From contig OZ244906.1 in assembly GCA_965221655.1 (NCBI GenBank), positions 1,136,009 to 1,200,008 of the forward strand: 64,000 nucleotides of DNA, read 5' to 3'. Under the pieces are notes generated by a model that worked only from the letters and a program-made list of their open reading frames with translations, was not told where the DNA came from and did no database searches. This DNA is from a bacterium (GTDB taxonomy: Bacteria; UBA8248). Within the stretch, counting starts at the first letter, position 1. The number at the start of each line of letters is the position of its first letter. The position numbers and the translations under genes are program-made. Below, piece after piece: positions 48,676 to 58,787 of this stretch.

Positions 48676-49485
48676 TCAAACCGTCCTGTATCCGATTTCC
48701 CTGCCGCCCCAGTTGCGCCCGGGCGTGTGCATCATTTTGCTCTCGGCCTGCCCGCCGTCGATGGGCAGGTTCGCCGCCGTCACATAGCGCGCCCGCTCCG
48801 AGAGCAGAAACACGCACCCCTCAGCGATGTCCTCGGGCGTCGCCACGCGGCCCATCGGCACCACGGCGGCGCGGCCCGCTGCGATTTCGGGGTCCTGGAA
48901 CATGGCTTCGGTCATCGGGGTGCGCACCTGGCCCGGCGAGACGGCGTTCGCGCGCACGCCGCGCGCACCCCACTCCACGCCAAAGAGCCTGGCGAGCATA
49001 ATGGCGCCCGCCTTGCACACGCTGTAAGCACCCGCCAGGGGGTAGGTCTGCATCCCCCCGATGGAGGAGACGAAGACGATTGCCCCCTGCCCGCGCTCGA
49101 GCATCACCCGCCCCGCCGCCTGGGCACAGAGAAAGTAGCCCTTGAGCCCGATGTCCATCACCATGTCCCAATCGGCCTCGGGCAGATCCTCAAGCCTGCC
49201 GGGCACGAGCTTTATCGCGCAGCACACCAGCCCGTCTATCGTCCCGAAGGCGCGGACGGCCTCGGCCGCCATGCGCTCGGCGTCGGCCTTGCTGGAGGTG
49301 TCCATTTCGATGAGAATCGCCTTGCCGGACTCCTCCTCGACCATGGAGACGGTCTCCGCGGCGGTTTCGGGATTGATGTCGGCCACGGCCACCTCCGCAC
49401 CTTCGCGCGCAGCCAGTACGCACGTCGCGCGCCCGATGCCGCTTCCCCCTCCCGTTACGACGATCTTCTTGTCCCGGAGCATCAT
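48676..49485 (-). CDS. SDR family NAD(P)-dependent oxidoreductase
   Basis: MMLRDKKIVVTGGGSGIGRAT..., ...YSVCKAG... (YxxxK). RBS GGGGAGGG sits ahead of ATG 49485. The track's upstream 39 aa is not coding. Confidence 0.85.
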   Translation of the reverse strand: MMLRDKKIVVTGGGSGIGRATCVLAAREGAEVAVADINPETAAETVSMVEEESGKAILIEMDTSSKADAERMAAEAVRAFGTIDGLVCCAIKLVPGRLEDLPEADWDMVMDIGLKGYFLCAQAAGRVMLERGQGAIVFVSSIGGMQTYPLAGAYSVCKAGAIMLARLFGVEWGARGVRANAVSPGQVRTPMTEAMFQDPEIAAGRAAVVPMGRVATPEDIAEGCVFLLSERARYVTAANLPIDGGQAESKMMHTPGRNWGGREIGYRTV

Positions 49486-49664
49486 CGTCCGACCCTCCCC
49501 CGAAAAACGAGCGTCCTCGCCGACCCCGAGGGGTCGTCCACCCATCGGCACCCGCTCTTCGCCAGTCAACCCTTCGTCCGTTATCAATCGCCCGGAGGCC
49601 ATTTGCGAGAACGCCGCCCCGTGCGTCCGCGCCCTCTTACCCGTTTCGCGGGCATCCCTCCTCT

Positions 49665-50798
49665 TTATTCCTCATCGCCCGTCGGTGAGCGCACCCGCCA
49701 CACCTCGACGATGGAGCCCACTATGCCTCGCGGGGCCAGAAGTATCGTGATAATGAAAAACAGGCCGATAATCAGGATCGCCCGCTCGGTGTGCTCTCCC
49801 AGAAAATCGGCCAGCATGTAGACGAAACCCGCGCCCACGAAGGGGCCGACCAGGGTGCCGAGCCCGCCCACGACCGACCAGATGACGACCTCGCCGGAGT
49901 GGATGACGTCCATTTGCTCCGTACCGATGATGTTGTTCTTGAGCAGCAGCAACACGCCCGCCACGGAGGTGAAGAATCCCGAAACGGCGGCGTTGCATAT
50001 CTTGTAGGCGTTGACGTTGTAGCCGAGGTAGGCGGCGCGCCGCTCGTTTTCGCGGATGCCGCGGAACACCAGGCCGACGGGCGAGCGCAAAAAGACCCGC
50101 AAATACAGGTAGGCGCAGAACACGACGACGAACGTGAGGTACCAAAACTGCACGAAAGATCCGGTGTCGACGCGGAAAGCGCCGAGAAAATCGAGCACGG
50201 GCGGCTCGACCGTCATGCCGTCTTCACCGTTGGTCATCGAGACCCAGGAGTTCGCGATAATGAACGCGACGCTCCCGAAGACCAGCGTGATGATGCCGAA
50301 ATATATGTCGCGCACGCGAACCGAGAATATGCCCATGCAGGTCGTTACCGCCGTCCCTACGGAGAGGGCGAGGGCAATCGCCGCCAGGGGGCTCCACCCA
50401 AACCGCGTCAGGGCAATGGCGGCGGTATAGGCGGCGACTCCCGCCAGTGCGGCGTGCGCGAAGCTGGCGAGTCCGACGAAGCCCATCATCACGTCGAGGC
50501 TCATGGCCAAAAGGCCGAGGATGAGCATCTCGCTGAAAAGACGCAACTCGAAGTCATCGGCCCAAAGCGGGAGGCTCAGCCCGACCACGAAGATGAGGGG
50601 GCCGACGTAGGCGATGCCGAAAAACGGATCCGCGGCGCGCTTCATCCGGTCGGGCATCCTGGAGAGTGCCCACACAACGAGCGGCAGCACGGCCAGAACG
50701 GCGAGCATCTGCGTCGCCGCCGAGGCGGGCAGCAGCCAGAACGACACCCCGATGAGGACAAGCACCGGAGCTCCGATGCGCAGCGCAAGCGCGATCAT
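49665..50798 (-). CDS. branched-chain-amino-acid-type (HAAT family) ABC transporter permease, LivM-like
   Basis: MIALALRIGAPVLVLIGVSFWLLP..., about 377 aa of polytopic membrane protein. ATG 50798 overlaps the stop of the upstream permease (ATGA). The track's 695-aa ORF fuses this gene with an out-of-frame upstream region. Confidence 0.75.
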   Translation of the reverse strand: MIALALRIGAPVLVLIGVSFWLLPASAATQMLAVLAVLPLVVWALSRMPDRMKRAADPFFGIAYVGPLIFVVGLSLPLWADDFELRLFSEMLILGLLAMSLDVMMGFVGLASFAHAALAGVAAYTAAIALTRFGWSPLAAIALALSVGTAVTTCMGIFSVRVRDIYFGIITLVFGSVAFIIANSWVSMTNGEDGMTVEPPVLDFLGAFRVDTGSFVQFWYLTFVVVFCAYLYLRVFLRSPVGLVFRGIRENERRAAYLGYNVNAYKICNAAVSGFFTSVAGVLLLLKNNIIGTEQMDVIHSGEVVIWSVVGGLGTLVGPFVGAGFVYMLADFLGEHTERAILIIGLFFIITILLAPRGIVGSIVEVWRVRSPTGDEE

Positions 50799-51682
50799 TC
50801 GAGCCCCCTCTCGCCCATCAGGCCGTTGGGCCGGAAGACGAGGAAGATCATCAAGACGACGAGGCTGAGAATCTGCGGCTGGGAGCCCTTGAGGAATATC
50901 GCGCCTATGGCCTCCAGCTCGCCGATCAGGAGTGCTGCGAGCATCGTTCCCGGCAGACTCCCCAGACCGCCGACGACGACGACGATGAACGCGGCGACGA
51001 TGATGTCCAGACCCATCGAATAGGAGACGCTGAAGATAGGGGCGACGAGGACGCCGCTCATCGCGGCGAGTCCGCACCCCACCGAGAAGACCAACTGGTA
51101 CACCCGCGGCACGGGCACGCCCATGCAGGCGGCCATCTCGCGGTTCTGGATGGTCGCGCGAATCCATACCCCCCACTTGGTCAGGGTGAGAAACAGCCAG
51201 AGCAGCAACATGATGAACGCGGCCACCCCCATGATGACGATGCGGTAGAGGGGAAATTCCAGGCCGAAAAAGGGAATGGAGGCCTGAATCGGCGCGGGCA
51301 TGAACTTGCCGATGGTGCCGAAAATGCTCAGGGCGGCCTGCTGAAGCACCAGTGCGAGGCCGAACGACACCAACAACGGAATGAACGGGCTCCCTCCGTG
51401 GGTCGTCCGGAACAAACTGCGCTCTATGGCAAACCCGAAGACTGCGACGACCACCCCCGCTATCGCCACTGCCCCCCAGAAGCCCACGACGTCGGCGGCG
51501 AAGCGCATCGCGAGCCAGCCGACGAACGCACCCGCCATGTAGAATTCCCCGTGGGAGAAATTGACGATATTCATGACGCCGAGAATGAGCGTGAAGCCCG
51601 CGGCGACCAGCGCCAGCACCAGGCCGTACTGGAGCCCCATGACGGACTCGATGATGAGGCGCTCGAGAAAATGCTCCATCAC
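50795..51682 (-). CDS. HAAT family ABC transporter permease, LivH-like
   Basis: MMEHFLERLIIESVMGLQYGLVLALVAAGFTLILGVMNIVNFSHGEFYMAGAF... is the LivH-type permease signature. Confidence 0.8.
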   Translation of the reverse strand: MMEHFLERLIIESVMGLQYGLVLALVAAGFTLILGVMNIVNFSHGEFYMAGAFVGWLAMRFAADVVGFWGAVAIAGVVVAVFGFAIERSLFRTTHGGSPFIPLLVSFGLALVLQQAALSIFGTIGKFMPAPIQASIPFFGLEFPLYRIVIMGVAAFIMLLLWLFLTLTKWGVWIRATIQNREMAACMGVPVPRVYQLVFSVGCGLAAMSGVLVAPIFSVSYSMGLDIIVAAFIVVVVGGLGSLPGTMLAALLIGELEAIGAIFLKGSQPQILSLVVLMIFLVFRPNGLMGERGLE

Positions 51683-52392
51683 GAAACGCCCAGGTGTTCG
51701 TGGAGTACGCGCTCATCGGCCGAGACGGCCTCCGACGCGCCGTCGTGGACAATCTGCCCCTTCGCCATGATGTAGCACCGCCTGCTCGCCCGCAGGGCCA
51801 GGCGGTAGTCCTGCTCGACCAGGAGAATGGCCACCCCGACCTCCTCGACCATCCACTCGATGATCTGCTCGATCTCCTCGACCATGGCGGGCATCAGCCC
51901 CTCGGTCGGCTCATCGAGCAATATGAGTTTGGGTCTCGTGACGATCGCCCGCGCCAGGGCGAGCATCTGCTGCTCGCCGCCGGAGAGAGTGGAGCCAATC
52001 TGCTCGGTCCGCTCCTTGAGGCGCGGAAACGACGCGAAGATCAAATCGAGGTTCTTCTGTTTTTCTTTTTCGCTCAATTTCAGCAAATCGAGTCCGATGC
52101 GCAGGTTCTGCATGACTGATAACTTGGGGAACACCTGCCTGTCCTCGGGAACGTAGCCGATGCCGAGGGCCGCCATCTTGTAGGGCGGGATGCCGGTCAC
52201 GTCGCCGTCTTCAAAGAAAATCCGGCCTCTGCGCGGTGCGTTCAGCCCCATGATGGTGCGCATGGTGGTCGATTTGCCCACGCCGTTGCGCCCCAGCAAG
52301 GAGACGGGCTCGCCCTTGCCGATCTCGAGACTCACCCCTTGCAGAACGTGGCTCTTCTCGTAATAGGAATGGACGGCTTCAAGCCGCAGCAT
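51679..52392 (-). CDS. ABC transporter ATP-binding protein, LivF-like
   Basis: GRNGVGKST (Walker A), LSGGEQQMLALARA (ABC signature), LILLDEP (Walker B). Confidence 0.85.
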   Translation of the reverse strand: MLRLEAVHSYYEKSHVLQGVSLEIGKGEPVSLLGRNGVGKSTTMRTIMGLNAPRRGRIFFEDGDVTGIPPYKMAALGIGYVPEDRQVFPKLSVMQNLRIGLDLLKLSEKEKQKNLDLIFASFPRLKERTEQIGSTLSGGEQQMLALARAIVTRPKLILLDEPTEGLMPAMVEEIEQIIEWMVEEVGVAILLVEQDYRLALRASRRCYIMAKGQIVHDGASEAVSADERVLHEHLGVS

Positions 52393-53134
52393 CGGAGCTC
52401 CTCAGGTAGATGCGTTGCACGTCGTCGTCGTTTTTTATCTCCTCCGGCGTTCCCTCCGCGATGATGCGTCCTTGATGAAACACGCTGATGCGGTCGGCAA
52501 TCGACATGACGACCTTCATGTCGTGTTCCACGAGCACGACGCTCAGCTTCGCGGAGAGCCGCTTGATCAACGCGGCCGTTTGCCCGGTTTCTTGTGCGCT
52601 CATGCCCGCCGTCGGCTCGTCTAGCAGAAGCAAGGCAGGCGAGAGGGCCAGGGCGAGGCCGATTTCCAGATACTTCTGCTCTCCGTGCGCAAGGTTCGAG
52701 GCCAACTCCTTCGCCTTCGCGGCCAGGCCGATTTCCCCGAGCACTTCTCCGACCCTGCTCTCGACGTTGGGGTGGCGCGCGGCGGCGCGGAAGGGGTTGA
52801 AACTCATGGCGCGATTCTGGACGGCGAGGCGCAGATTGTCCTCCACCGTCAGGTTCGGGAAGATGTTCGTAATCTGGAAGGCGAGGCTCACGCCGAGCCT
52901 GCTGATTTTGTGGGGCCGCATGCGGGAGGTATCGACGCCGTTGATGCGGATTTCACCGCTCGAGGGCTGCTGTACGCCCATCAACATGCTGAAGAAAGTG
53001 CTCTTGCCCGCCCCGTTGGGCCCGATGATCGCCCGCAACTCCCCTCTCGGGAGCCTGAAATCGACCTCGGCGACCGCAACGAGCGCACCGAAGGATTTGG
53101 TGAGGGATTTCGTTTCGAGAATAAAATCAGACAC
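52379..53134 (-). CDS. ABC transporter ATP-binding protein, LivG-like
   Basis: GPNGAGKST, LAHGEQKYLEIGLAL, LLLLDEPTAG. Start placed at GTG 53134 behind GGGAAGG. The track's ATG 53197 extension is less likely. Confidence 0.8.
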   Translation of the reverse strand: MSDFILETKSLTKSFGALVAVAEVDFRLPRGELRAIIGPNGAGKSTFFSMLMGVQQPSSGEIRINGVDTSRMRPHKISRLGVSLAFQITNIFPNLTVEDNLRLAVQNRAMSFNPFRAAARHPNVESRVGEVLGEIGLAAKAKELASNLAHGEQKYLEIGLALALSPALLLLDEPTAGMSAQETGQTAALIKRLSAKLSVVLVEHDMKVVMSIADRISVFHQGRIIAEGTPEEIKNDDDVQRIYLRSSDAAA

Positions 53135-53207
53135 GCGAGACCTTCCCCGGCGCACGTACAGGCCGCCCCCACCCGGAGCGGGGGCGACCTGCTTCACGCA
53201 GCGAGAC

Positions 53208-54500
53208 TCAAGCAGCGCAACTGCCGAACTTCGAGTCGTAGAGCGTCGTCTTCATCGGCACCTTCTCGCCGATGATCTCGAAGTGGAGCTTCTCGTTCAC
53301 CGTCGTCATGTAGAAATCGACAAAACCCTGGTGGTCGGTGCTGCGCAGGTAGATGTCGCCCTGGGGGAAGTCACGGCCCTGGGAGAACATGCGGCCCGGC
53401 CCCATCGGCGTCTTGCCTCCCTCGAGCCAGGCGACCATCTTCGAGGTATCCGCACGCCTGTTTTCGTATTTGACGGCCTGCATCGCCGACTTGATGACGT
53501 TCATGCCCGTGAACTGCGCCTGGGCGAAGCCGCTCGGCAGCACGCCCTTGCTCAGTTTCATGAACTCTCCGCGGAAGGAGTGGTTCGGCGCGTTGTCGAA
53601 CGGAGAGCCCTTGAGGTCGTTGACGGGCGAATAGCGGTGCAGATAAAACCCGCCGACGGCGCTCTTGCCCTGCTGGGTGATGGTGTTCACGTCGCACACC
53701 GAAGCGGGCCCGATGATTTTCGACTTCTTGCTGAGGCCCGTATCCGCCAGGGCGAGCACCGACTTGATGGCCGCTCCGCCGGACATTCCCATCACGACCG
53801 CGTCGGCGTCGCGCGAGAGGCGGTTCACGTAGGAAATGTAGTCCGCCGTGTTGAGCGGAACGGGAACCGGGTCTATCCATTGGCCGCCGAGCCGCTTGAA
53901 CTCGTCCCTGAAATCGAAAGCGACGGATTGGCCCCAGGCGAAGTCCATGTACAGGCCGGTCGCGCTCTTGATTCCGTTCTTGATCGCCCACGGCGCCATG
54001 GCGATCGCCTGGCTCTTCGTCGTGTTATAGGGCCGGAACACGTATTTCGGGCAGGCGGCCACCTTGCCGCCGGTGAGGTTCGTGGTCTCACAGCCCGTGC
54101 CCAGAATGTAGAGAACCTTGTGGCGCTTCACGAGCGGGGCCAACTGAACGCAGATGCCGCTGCTCGAAGTGCCCGTCAGCGCGTCGATTTTATCCCGCAG
54201 AATCAGCTTCTCCGCCTCGCGCACCGCCTGTGCGGGCTTGAAGGCGTCGTCGCGCTCGATAATTTCGATCATCCGGCCGTTGATGCCGCCCGCCTTGTTG
54301 ATTCGGTTGACGGCCACCGTCAGCCCCCAGCGACCCTGCTCGCCCAGAGCGGCGAGCGGCCCGCTGAACGTGTTGACGTGGCCGATGCGAATCGGAGCCG
54401 CCGCCCACGCCTTGCGCAGGAAGAAAGGTCCCGTGCCGGCGCTCACCGCACCGACTGCCGCCAGTTTCAGAAAATCGCGTCTTGATTTGCCTCTGACCAT
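53208..54500 (-). CDS. ABC transporter substrate-binding protein (Leu/Ile/Val-binding-protein fold) with twin-arginine signal
   Basis: MVRGKSRRDFLKLAAVGAVSAGTGPFFLRKAWAAAPIRIGHVNTFSGPLAALGEQ.... RBS GGGGAGGTG sits ahead of ATG 54500. The track's upstream 52 aa is not coding. Confidence 0.8.
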   Translation of the reverse strand: MVRGKSRRDFLKLAAVGAVSAGTGPFFLRKAWAAAPIRIGHVNTFSGPLAALGEQGRWGLTVAVNRINKAGGINGRMIEIIERDDAFKPAQAVREAEKLILRDKIDALTGTSSSGICVQLAPLVKRHKVLYILGTGCETTNLTGGKVAACPKYVFRPYNTTKSQAIAMAPWAIKNGIKSATGLYMDFAWGQSVAFDFRDEFKRLGGQWIDPVPVPLNTADYISYVNRLSRDADAVVMGMSGGAAIKSVLALADTGLSKKSKIIGPASVCDVNTITQQGKSAVGGFYLHRYSPVNDLKGSPFDNAPNHSFRGEFMKLSKGVLPSGFAQAQFTGMNVIKSAMQAVKYENRRADTSKMVAWLEGGKTPMGPGRMFSQGRDFPQGDIYLRSTDHQGFVDFYMTTVNEKLHFEIIGEKVPMKTTLYDSKFGSCAA

Positions 54501-54696
54501 GTGGCACCTCCCCATCTGTTGTGAATGGTGGTGAATCTGCCGGACTTCCTCCTCGGTTCGCTCTCCGGGCGCAATGCGCTGGAGCATTCCCTCTCGTCTT
54601 CGGCGTCCTCGTGCGTGTTGTTTGTTTCCCGCAATGCCCGCAAAGCGCACGGCCACCCGCGCAACAGCGGCGAAAGCGTCCTCCCCGCCGCACGGA

Positions 54697-55131
54697 CTAC
54701 TTTTTCGCGGGCAGCACCTTGATGGAGATGGTGTGCGCGAGCCCTGGGCCGTAGGAGCGGTGGAGGCCGTCGGCGAACTGCATCGTCAGCGAGTAGTCCC
54801 CCGGTGCGAGTTTGATGGAGGCTTCCGTCTGTCCCTTGCCGTAGTGCAAGTGGGTGGCGTCAGTCGGAATCACCTTCCCCCTGCGCATGGGACCTTTGTT
54901 GATGAGGACGTGGTGATGCCCGGTGCCCTTCACCACTGCGCCCGAGGGTTGAATCTTCATGCCCTCGACCCCCATCACGACCTTGAAGGGGCTGCGCACC
55001 TGCGCCCCGTCCTTGGGCTCGATGAAGAAGGCGCGGGGTTTCCTCTCCTGCCCCTCCGCGTATCCGGCAACCGCCAGAAATCCCCCCAGTAGAACCGCGG
55101 CGCACAGCCGCCCCGCCATGAACCCGTTCAT
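54697..55131 (-). CDS. DUF4399-like secreted protein
   Basis: MNGFMAGRLCAAVLLGGFLAVAGYAEG (signal peptide), ...GTGHHHVLINKGP.... RBS AAAGGAG sits ahead of ATG 55131. Family name recalled with moderate certainty. Confidence 0.45.
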   Translation of the reverse strand: MNGFMAGRLCAAVLLGGFLAVAGYAEGQERKPRAFFIEPKDGAQVRSPFKVVMGVEGMKIQPSGAVVKGTGHHHVLINKGPMRRGKVIPTDATHLHYGKGQTEASIKLAPGDYSLTMQFADGLHRSYGPGLAHTISIKVLPAKK

Positions 55132-55396
55132 CGCGATCTCCTTTGCGCGTAAAACGAAAGCCGAGAGATTGCCGCAACATGTCGAAGCGTTTCCGGAATT
55201 GTAGTACACATCCGGGAAAAAGGTAAGGAAGGGAAAAACCACCGCCGTTTGGCAGCGGATTTCGCTCGTTCGTTCCGAATCGGCACACCGTCGCCGCGTC
55301 TTTCTCCGCATGGAGGCGCGGCAACAAGCCGACGCAACGCCGACGTTTCCCCTTGCCGCCAGAGGAAAGCCCCGCCTCTCGCGGGCGCCTTCTTTC

Positions 55397-55771
55397 CTAC
55401 ACCGGTATGTAGGCGCCGGTGTATTCCATCAAATCCTCGCGGCGGGGGCTGAATATCTGCAGGTCCTGCGAACCCTCCTCCAGGGCCTTGAGCCAGTGCT
55501 CGACGTTGGGCTTGCAAACCACCACCTCGCCCGCGCCCACCTCGCGCTCGCCCACACCCTCGACGCGGAAGACGAAGCGGCCCCGCTGGATGAAGGACAT
55601 CTGCTCGTGGGGGTGCCTGTGGGCGGCGACCTCGGAGCCTGCGGAGAACGTCCACAGCGCGAGCGTCTGGTTCTCGCCCGCGATCATCTGGAGTTCGATG
55701 ACGCTCTCGGACGGAATGTTCGGGTGGGTGATGCGCACGCGGGGAATCGCATCCCATCTCTGGAAGATCAT
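55397..55771 (-). CDS. cupin domain-containing protein
   Basis: 124 aa; ...SEVAAHRHPHEQMSFIQRGRFVFRVEG... is the cupin_2 motif. Confidence 0.6.
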   Translation of the reverse strand: MIFQRWDAIPRVRITHPNIPSESVIELQMIAGENQTLALWTFSAGSEVAAHRHPHEQMSFIQRGRFVFRVEGVGEREVGAGEVVVCKPNVEHWLKALEEGSQDLQIFSPRREDLMEYTGAYIPV

Positions 55772-55847
55772 GGCTCCCTCCTTGGGTCGAAACGGGGCAA
55801 AGCCGCTCGGGGAGAATTTCTCCCCGGGTTGCGTCTATCAACTCCCC

Positions 55848-57053
55848 CTACCTCACCCCCTCGCCGGCGAGGAAGCGCGATACCTCCTCATCCGACCAGC
55901 CGAGCCACTCGGCGAGCACCGCACCCGTGTGCTGGCCCAGCAGGGGCGGCGGCTTGACCTCTGCCTCTGCTCCGCTCATGCGCCAGGGCGGGCCGACCAC
56001 GCGAATCCTGCCCGAGACGGGGTGTTCGACCTCGCGCACCAGGCCGCGGTGGGCGATTTGCGGGTCGGCGAGGGCGCGCGCGTAGTCGTTCACCACGGCG
56101 AAGCCCACGCGCTCGGCTTCGAGACGCTCGGCCCACTCCGCCATGGTGTGCGAGGCGAAAACCTCCGCGACGCGCGCGTTGATCTCCGCGCGATGCGCCA
56201 CCCGCGCGCGTGCCGTTGCATAGCGCGGGTCCTGCGTCCAGTCCTCGATTCCCAGGGCGCGGCAAAAGCCCGGCCAGAAGCCGTCGTGCTGGACGATGAC
56301 GGTGACGTACGCCCCATCGCGCGTGCGGTAGGTGTTCGCAGGCACGCGCATGGGGTTTTGGTTGCCGTGCCTGCCCGGGGAGACGCCCGCCTGGAGGGTC
56401 TCCCCCATGCGGGGACCCAGGGCCGCCACCATGGCGTCTTGCATGCTCACGTCCACGTAGCGGCCCCGCCCCTCCCGCCGTGCGGCGTGGAGTGCGCTCA
56501 CGACGGCGTAGGCGGAGAACATGCCCGCCAGCACGTCCGCGAGGGGGGCGCCGATTTGGGTGGGCTCCTCATCGCCGGTGACGCTCATGACGCCCGAGAC
56601 GGCCTGGAGAATCGGGTCGAGGCCGACGCGGTCGCGGTAGGGCCCGCTCTGCCCGAAGCCCGAGAGCGAGCAGTAGACGACGCGCGGGTTGAGTGCGCGG
56701 GCGTCCTCCCAGCCGAGGCCGAGCTCGGCCATCTTGCCCGGGGCCATGTTCTCGACGACTACGTCCGTCTTACCGGCCAGGGCGCGCACGGCGTCGCGGC
56801 CCGCGCGCGTTTTCATGTTCACGGCGACGCTCTTCTTCGAGCGGTTGTTCGCGTAGAAGTAGTCTTCGTGATCCTCGCGGTTTTTGTAGCGGGTGATGCG
56901 GCGCGTGTCGTCCCCGAAGCCGGGGCGCTCGATCTTCACCACCTCGGCCCCCATGTCGGCCAGCATGGTGGCGCAGTAGGGACCCGCAACGACCTGCGTG
57001 AAGTCGAGCACCCGAAACCCCGCGAGTGGTGCCGTGGGCTGTGGTTCGCTCAT
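55848..57053 (-). CDS. CaiB/BaiF family (class III) CoA-transferase
   Basis: [45 protein letters not shown]...: family III CoA-transferase N-terminus. RBS GGGGGAG sits ahead of ATG 57053. The track's longer ORF runs through the tRNA and is rejected. Confidence 0.85.
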   Translation of the reverse strand: MSEPQPTAPLAGFRVLDFTQVVAGPYCATMLADMGAEVVKIERPGFGDDTRRITRYKNREDHEDYFYANNRSKKSVAVNMKTRAGRDAVRALAGKTDVVVENMAPGKMAELGLGWEDARALNPRVVYCSLSGFGQSGPYRDRVGLDPILQAVSGVMSVTGDEEPTQIGAPLADVLAGMFSAYAVVSALHAARREGRGRYVDVSMQDAMVAALGPRMGETLQAGVSPGRHGNQNPMRVPANTYRTRDGAYVTVIVQHDGFWPGFCRALGIEDWTQDPRYATARARVAHRAEINARVAEVFASHTMAEWAERLEAERVGFAVVNDYARALADPQIAHRGLVREVEHPVSGRIRVVGPPWRMSGAEAEVKPPPLLGQHTGAVLAEWLGWSDEEVSRFLAGEGVR

Positions 57054-57146
57054 CTGCTCCCCCGGAAGTGGGCGCCGAAGTTGCGCAATCCCTTCGGCGC
57101 GAAAAGACGGGAGGAATCGCCAGACGCCCCCCGCTCGGCTCCGAGA

Positions 57147-57232
57147 TGGTGCCCGGGGCCGGACTCGAACCGGCATGGCCTCTCGGCCGAGGGATTTTAA
57201 GTCCCTGGTGTCTACCGTTCCACCACCCGGGC
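57147..57232 (-). tRNA. tRNA-Leu (anticodon UAA), class II with long variable arm, CCA encoded
   Basis: Minus-strand sequence GCCCGGGTGGTGGAACGGTAGACACCAGGGACTTAAAATCCCTCGGCCGAGAGGCCATGCCGGTTCGAGTCCGGCCCCGGGCACCA. Folds with a 7-bp acceptor stem, 3-bp D-stem with GG in the loop, anticodon stem AGGGA/TCCCT with loop CTTAAAA, variable stem GGCC/GGCC, T-arm GCCGG-TTCGAGT-CCGGC. Confidence 0.85.
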
Positions 57233-57335
57233 AGGTGGGGGGAGAATATCCCACCAGGCGCCGTTTCCGCCAGTTCGATAATGCATGCCCAAGGCATAAC
57301 ACGGATAAAGAACAGGAACGCGAAGGCGCGCACGC

Positions 57336-57379
57336 AAAAAGGCCGCGGGCGCGAGACTCGAATCCCGCGCGCCGCGGCC
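57336..57379 (-). terminator. rho-independent terminator (about 14-bp GC stem, 8-nt loop, then U5) downstream of the LVIVD gene
   Basis: Minus strand reads GGCCGCGGCGCGCGGG-ATTCGAGT-CTCGCGCCCGCGGCC followed by TTTTT (plus-strand A-run 57336-57340), 24 nt after the stop at 57404. Confidence 0.6.
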
Positions 57380-57403
57380 CTCGTTTGCCGATTGGCCGCG
57401 CGC

Positions 57404-58678
57404 CTAACCTGTGTACTCCAGAATGTGGAGACCCAGCCCCCAGCGGTCAGCCATGTAGATGAGCCCGGTGTCCTTGTCCACCTGTACGTCGTTGCTCTGC
57501 GGGCAGCAACGCTCCTTCGTGCCCTCAGGGATGTAGTAGCCCACTTCCCTGGGCCGGAAGGGATTCGACCAGTCCACCACGCGCAGGCCCGCGTTGAACC
57601 AGCAGATGTACATGAGGTCGTCCTTGGTCATGTCGAGCCAGATGTTGTGCGCGCCGTGGCGCGAGCCCGTCTTGCTCCACTTCTCGTCGAGCGGACGCAT
57701 TTCGATCGGGTCGATCTCATAGGGCATGAAGGTGCTCACCGGCAGCGGCTCGAGCGGGTTTCTGAGATCGTAGAAGGTGACGAACGCGGGCGGGTGGTCG
57801 CAGTTCACCGTGGTGGTCTCCTGCGTCACGATGCCGAACTCCGAACCCTCCGGCACGAGGAAGCTGTGGTAGCAGCCCGCCCAGCCGTGCGTCTCATGGG
57901 GGTTGTGGCGCCAGAGGAGTTCGGGCGTCGTCGGGTCGGTGAGGTCGAAGAGGGCGATGCCTGCGTCCCAGTAACCCGCCGTGACGTAGTTGCCCCAGGG
58001 ATTTCCCTCGTGAATCCACGCGCCGTCGCCCACGATATCCGGGTCCCAGGAGGGCTCCTCCCCATCCTTCTGGCCGGGGACGTGGCCCATGCCGATGAAC
58101 TCGGGCGCCCAGGGGTCCTTCATGTCGTGGACGAGGAGCACCTTGCCCGCGTAGCCGTCCTTGAAGCCCGAGCTGTACATGAGCTTGCGCTTGCGGTCGT
58201 ATATCGGCCTGTGGATGCCGAAGCCGTCCACCTCCACGTAATTCACGAACTTGGGGTGGAACGGGTCGCGGTTGTCGAAGACGCGCAAGCCCCCGATGGC
58301 GTCGGGGTATTGCGAGCGCAGGGCGGGCCTGAGCTCTGAATTGGTGATAAGAACCTCGTCGTCGATGCGCAGCACCTTGTGCGTGCGCGCAGCGGGGCTG
58401 TCGACGATTTGGTTGACGATCTTCGGGTTCGCCGGGTCCTTCACGTCGAGAATCGTCATGCCGTCGTGGCCGTTCACGCCCGAGGCCGCGACGTAGCAGA
58501 TGCCGCCGCCCACCTGAATCTGAAACGCATCGCCCCAGCCGTTCAGGTCGCAATGGGCGACGAGGCGGACGTTGTGCGCCTCCTCCTTCCAGGGCTCGGT
58601 GAGCACGTGATCCACGCCCGTGTAAGCGTCGTTGCCGCCGCCGCGAATGGGATTGGGGTGATACCAGGGCTTGCGCAT
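57404..58678 (-). CDS. LVIVD-repeat beta-propeller protein
   Basis: Repeated blades with x-(L/V/F)-x-(V/L)-(F/V)-D-x-x-D/N-P-x-x-P-x-x-V: [101 protein letters not shown] sits ahead of ATG 58678. Confidence 0.6.
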   Translation of the reverse strand: MRKPWYHPNPIRGGGNDAYTGVDHVLTEPWKEEAHNVRLVAHCDLNGWGDAFQIQVGGGICYVAASGVNGHDGMTILDVKDPANPKIVNQIVDSPAARTHKVLRIDDEVLITNSELRPALRSQYPDAIGGLRVFDNRDPFHPKFVNYVEVDGFGIHRPIYDRKRKLMYSSGFKDGYAGKVLLVHDMKDPWAPEFIGMGHVPGQKDGEEPSWDPDIVGDGAWIHEGNPWGNYVTAGYWDAGIALFDLTDPTTPELLWRHNPHETHGWAGCYHSFLVPEGSEFGIVTQETTTVNCDHPPAFVTFYDLRNPLEPLPVSTFMPYEIDPIEMRPLDEKWSKTGSRHGAHNIWLDMTKDDLMYICWFNAGLRVVDWSNPFRPREVGYYIPEGTKERCCPQSNDVQVDKDTGLIYMADRWGLGLHILEYTG

Positions 58679-58787
58679 AACTCCTCCGTTCAATAGTGGA
58701 TGCAAAAAGAAATCGTACCGGATGCAAGGCGCATTCTATGGGAAGAGCGCCGGGCGGGAAAAGCGGGCACAGGGTTTTTCTCCCGCA

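Noticed and set aside
49665-51752. 695-aa fused ORF
   Set aside because: The upstream 318 aa (His/Arg/Gly-rich) is an out-of-frame read across the LivH-like gene. The true genes are two permeases (49665-50798 and 50795-51682).
55848-57302. N-terminal extension of the CaiB ORF (484 aa) running through 57147-57232
   Set aside because: The extension translates the tRNA-Leu gene and its flanks. The family N-terminus ([19 protein letters not shown]) starts at ATG 57053 with a GGGGGAG RBS.
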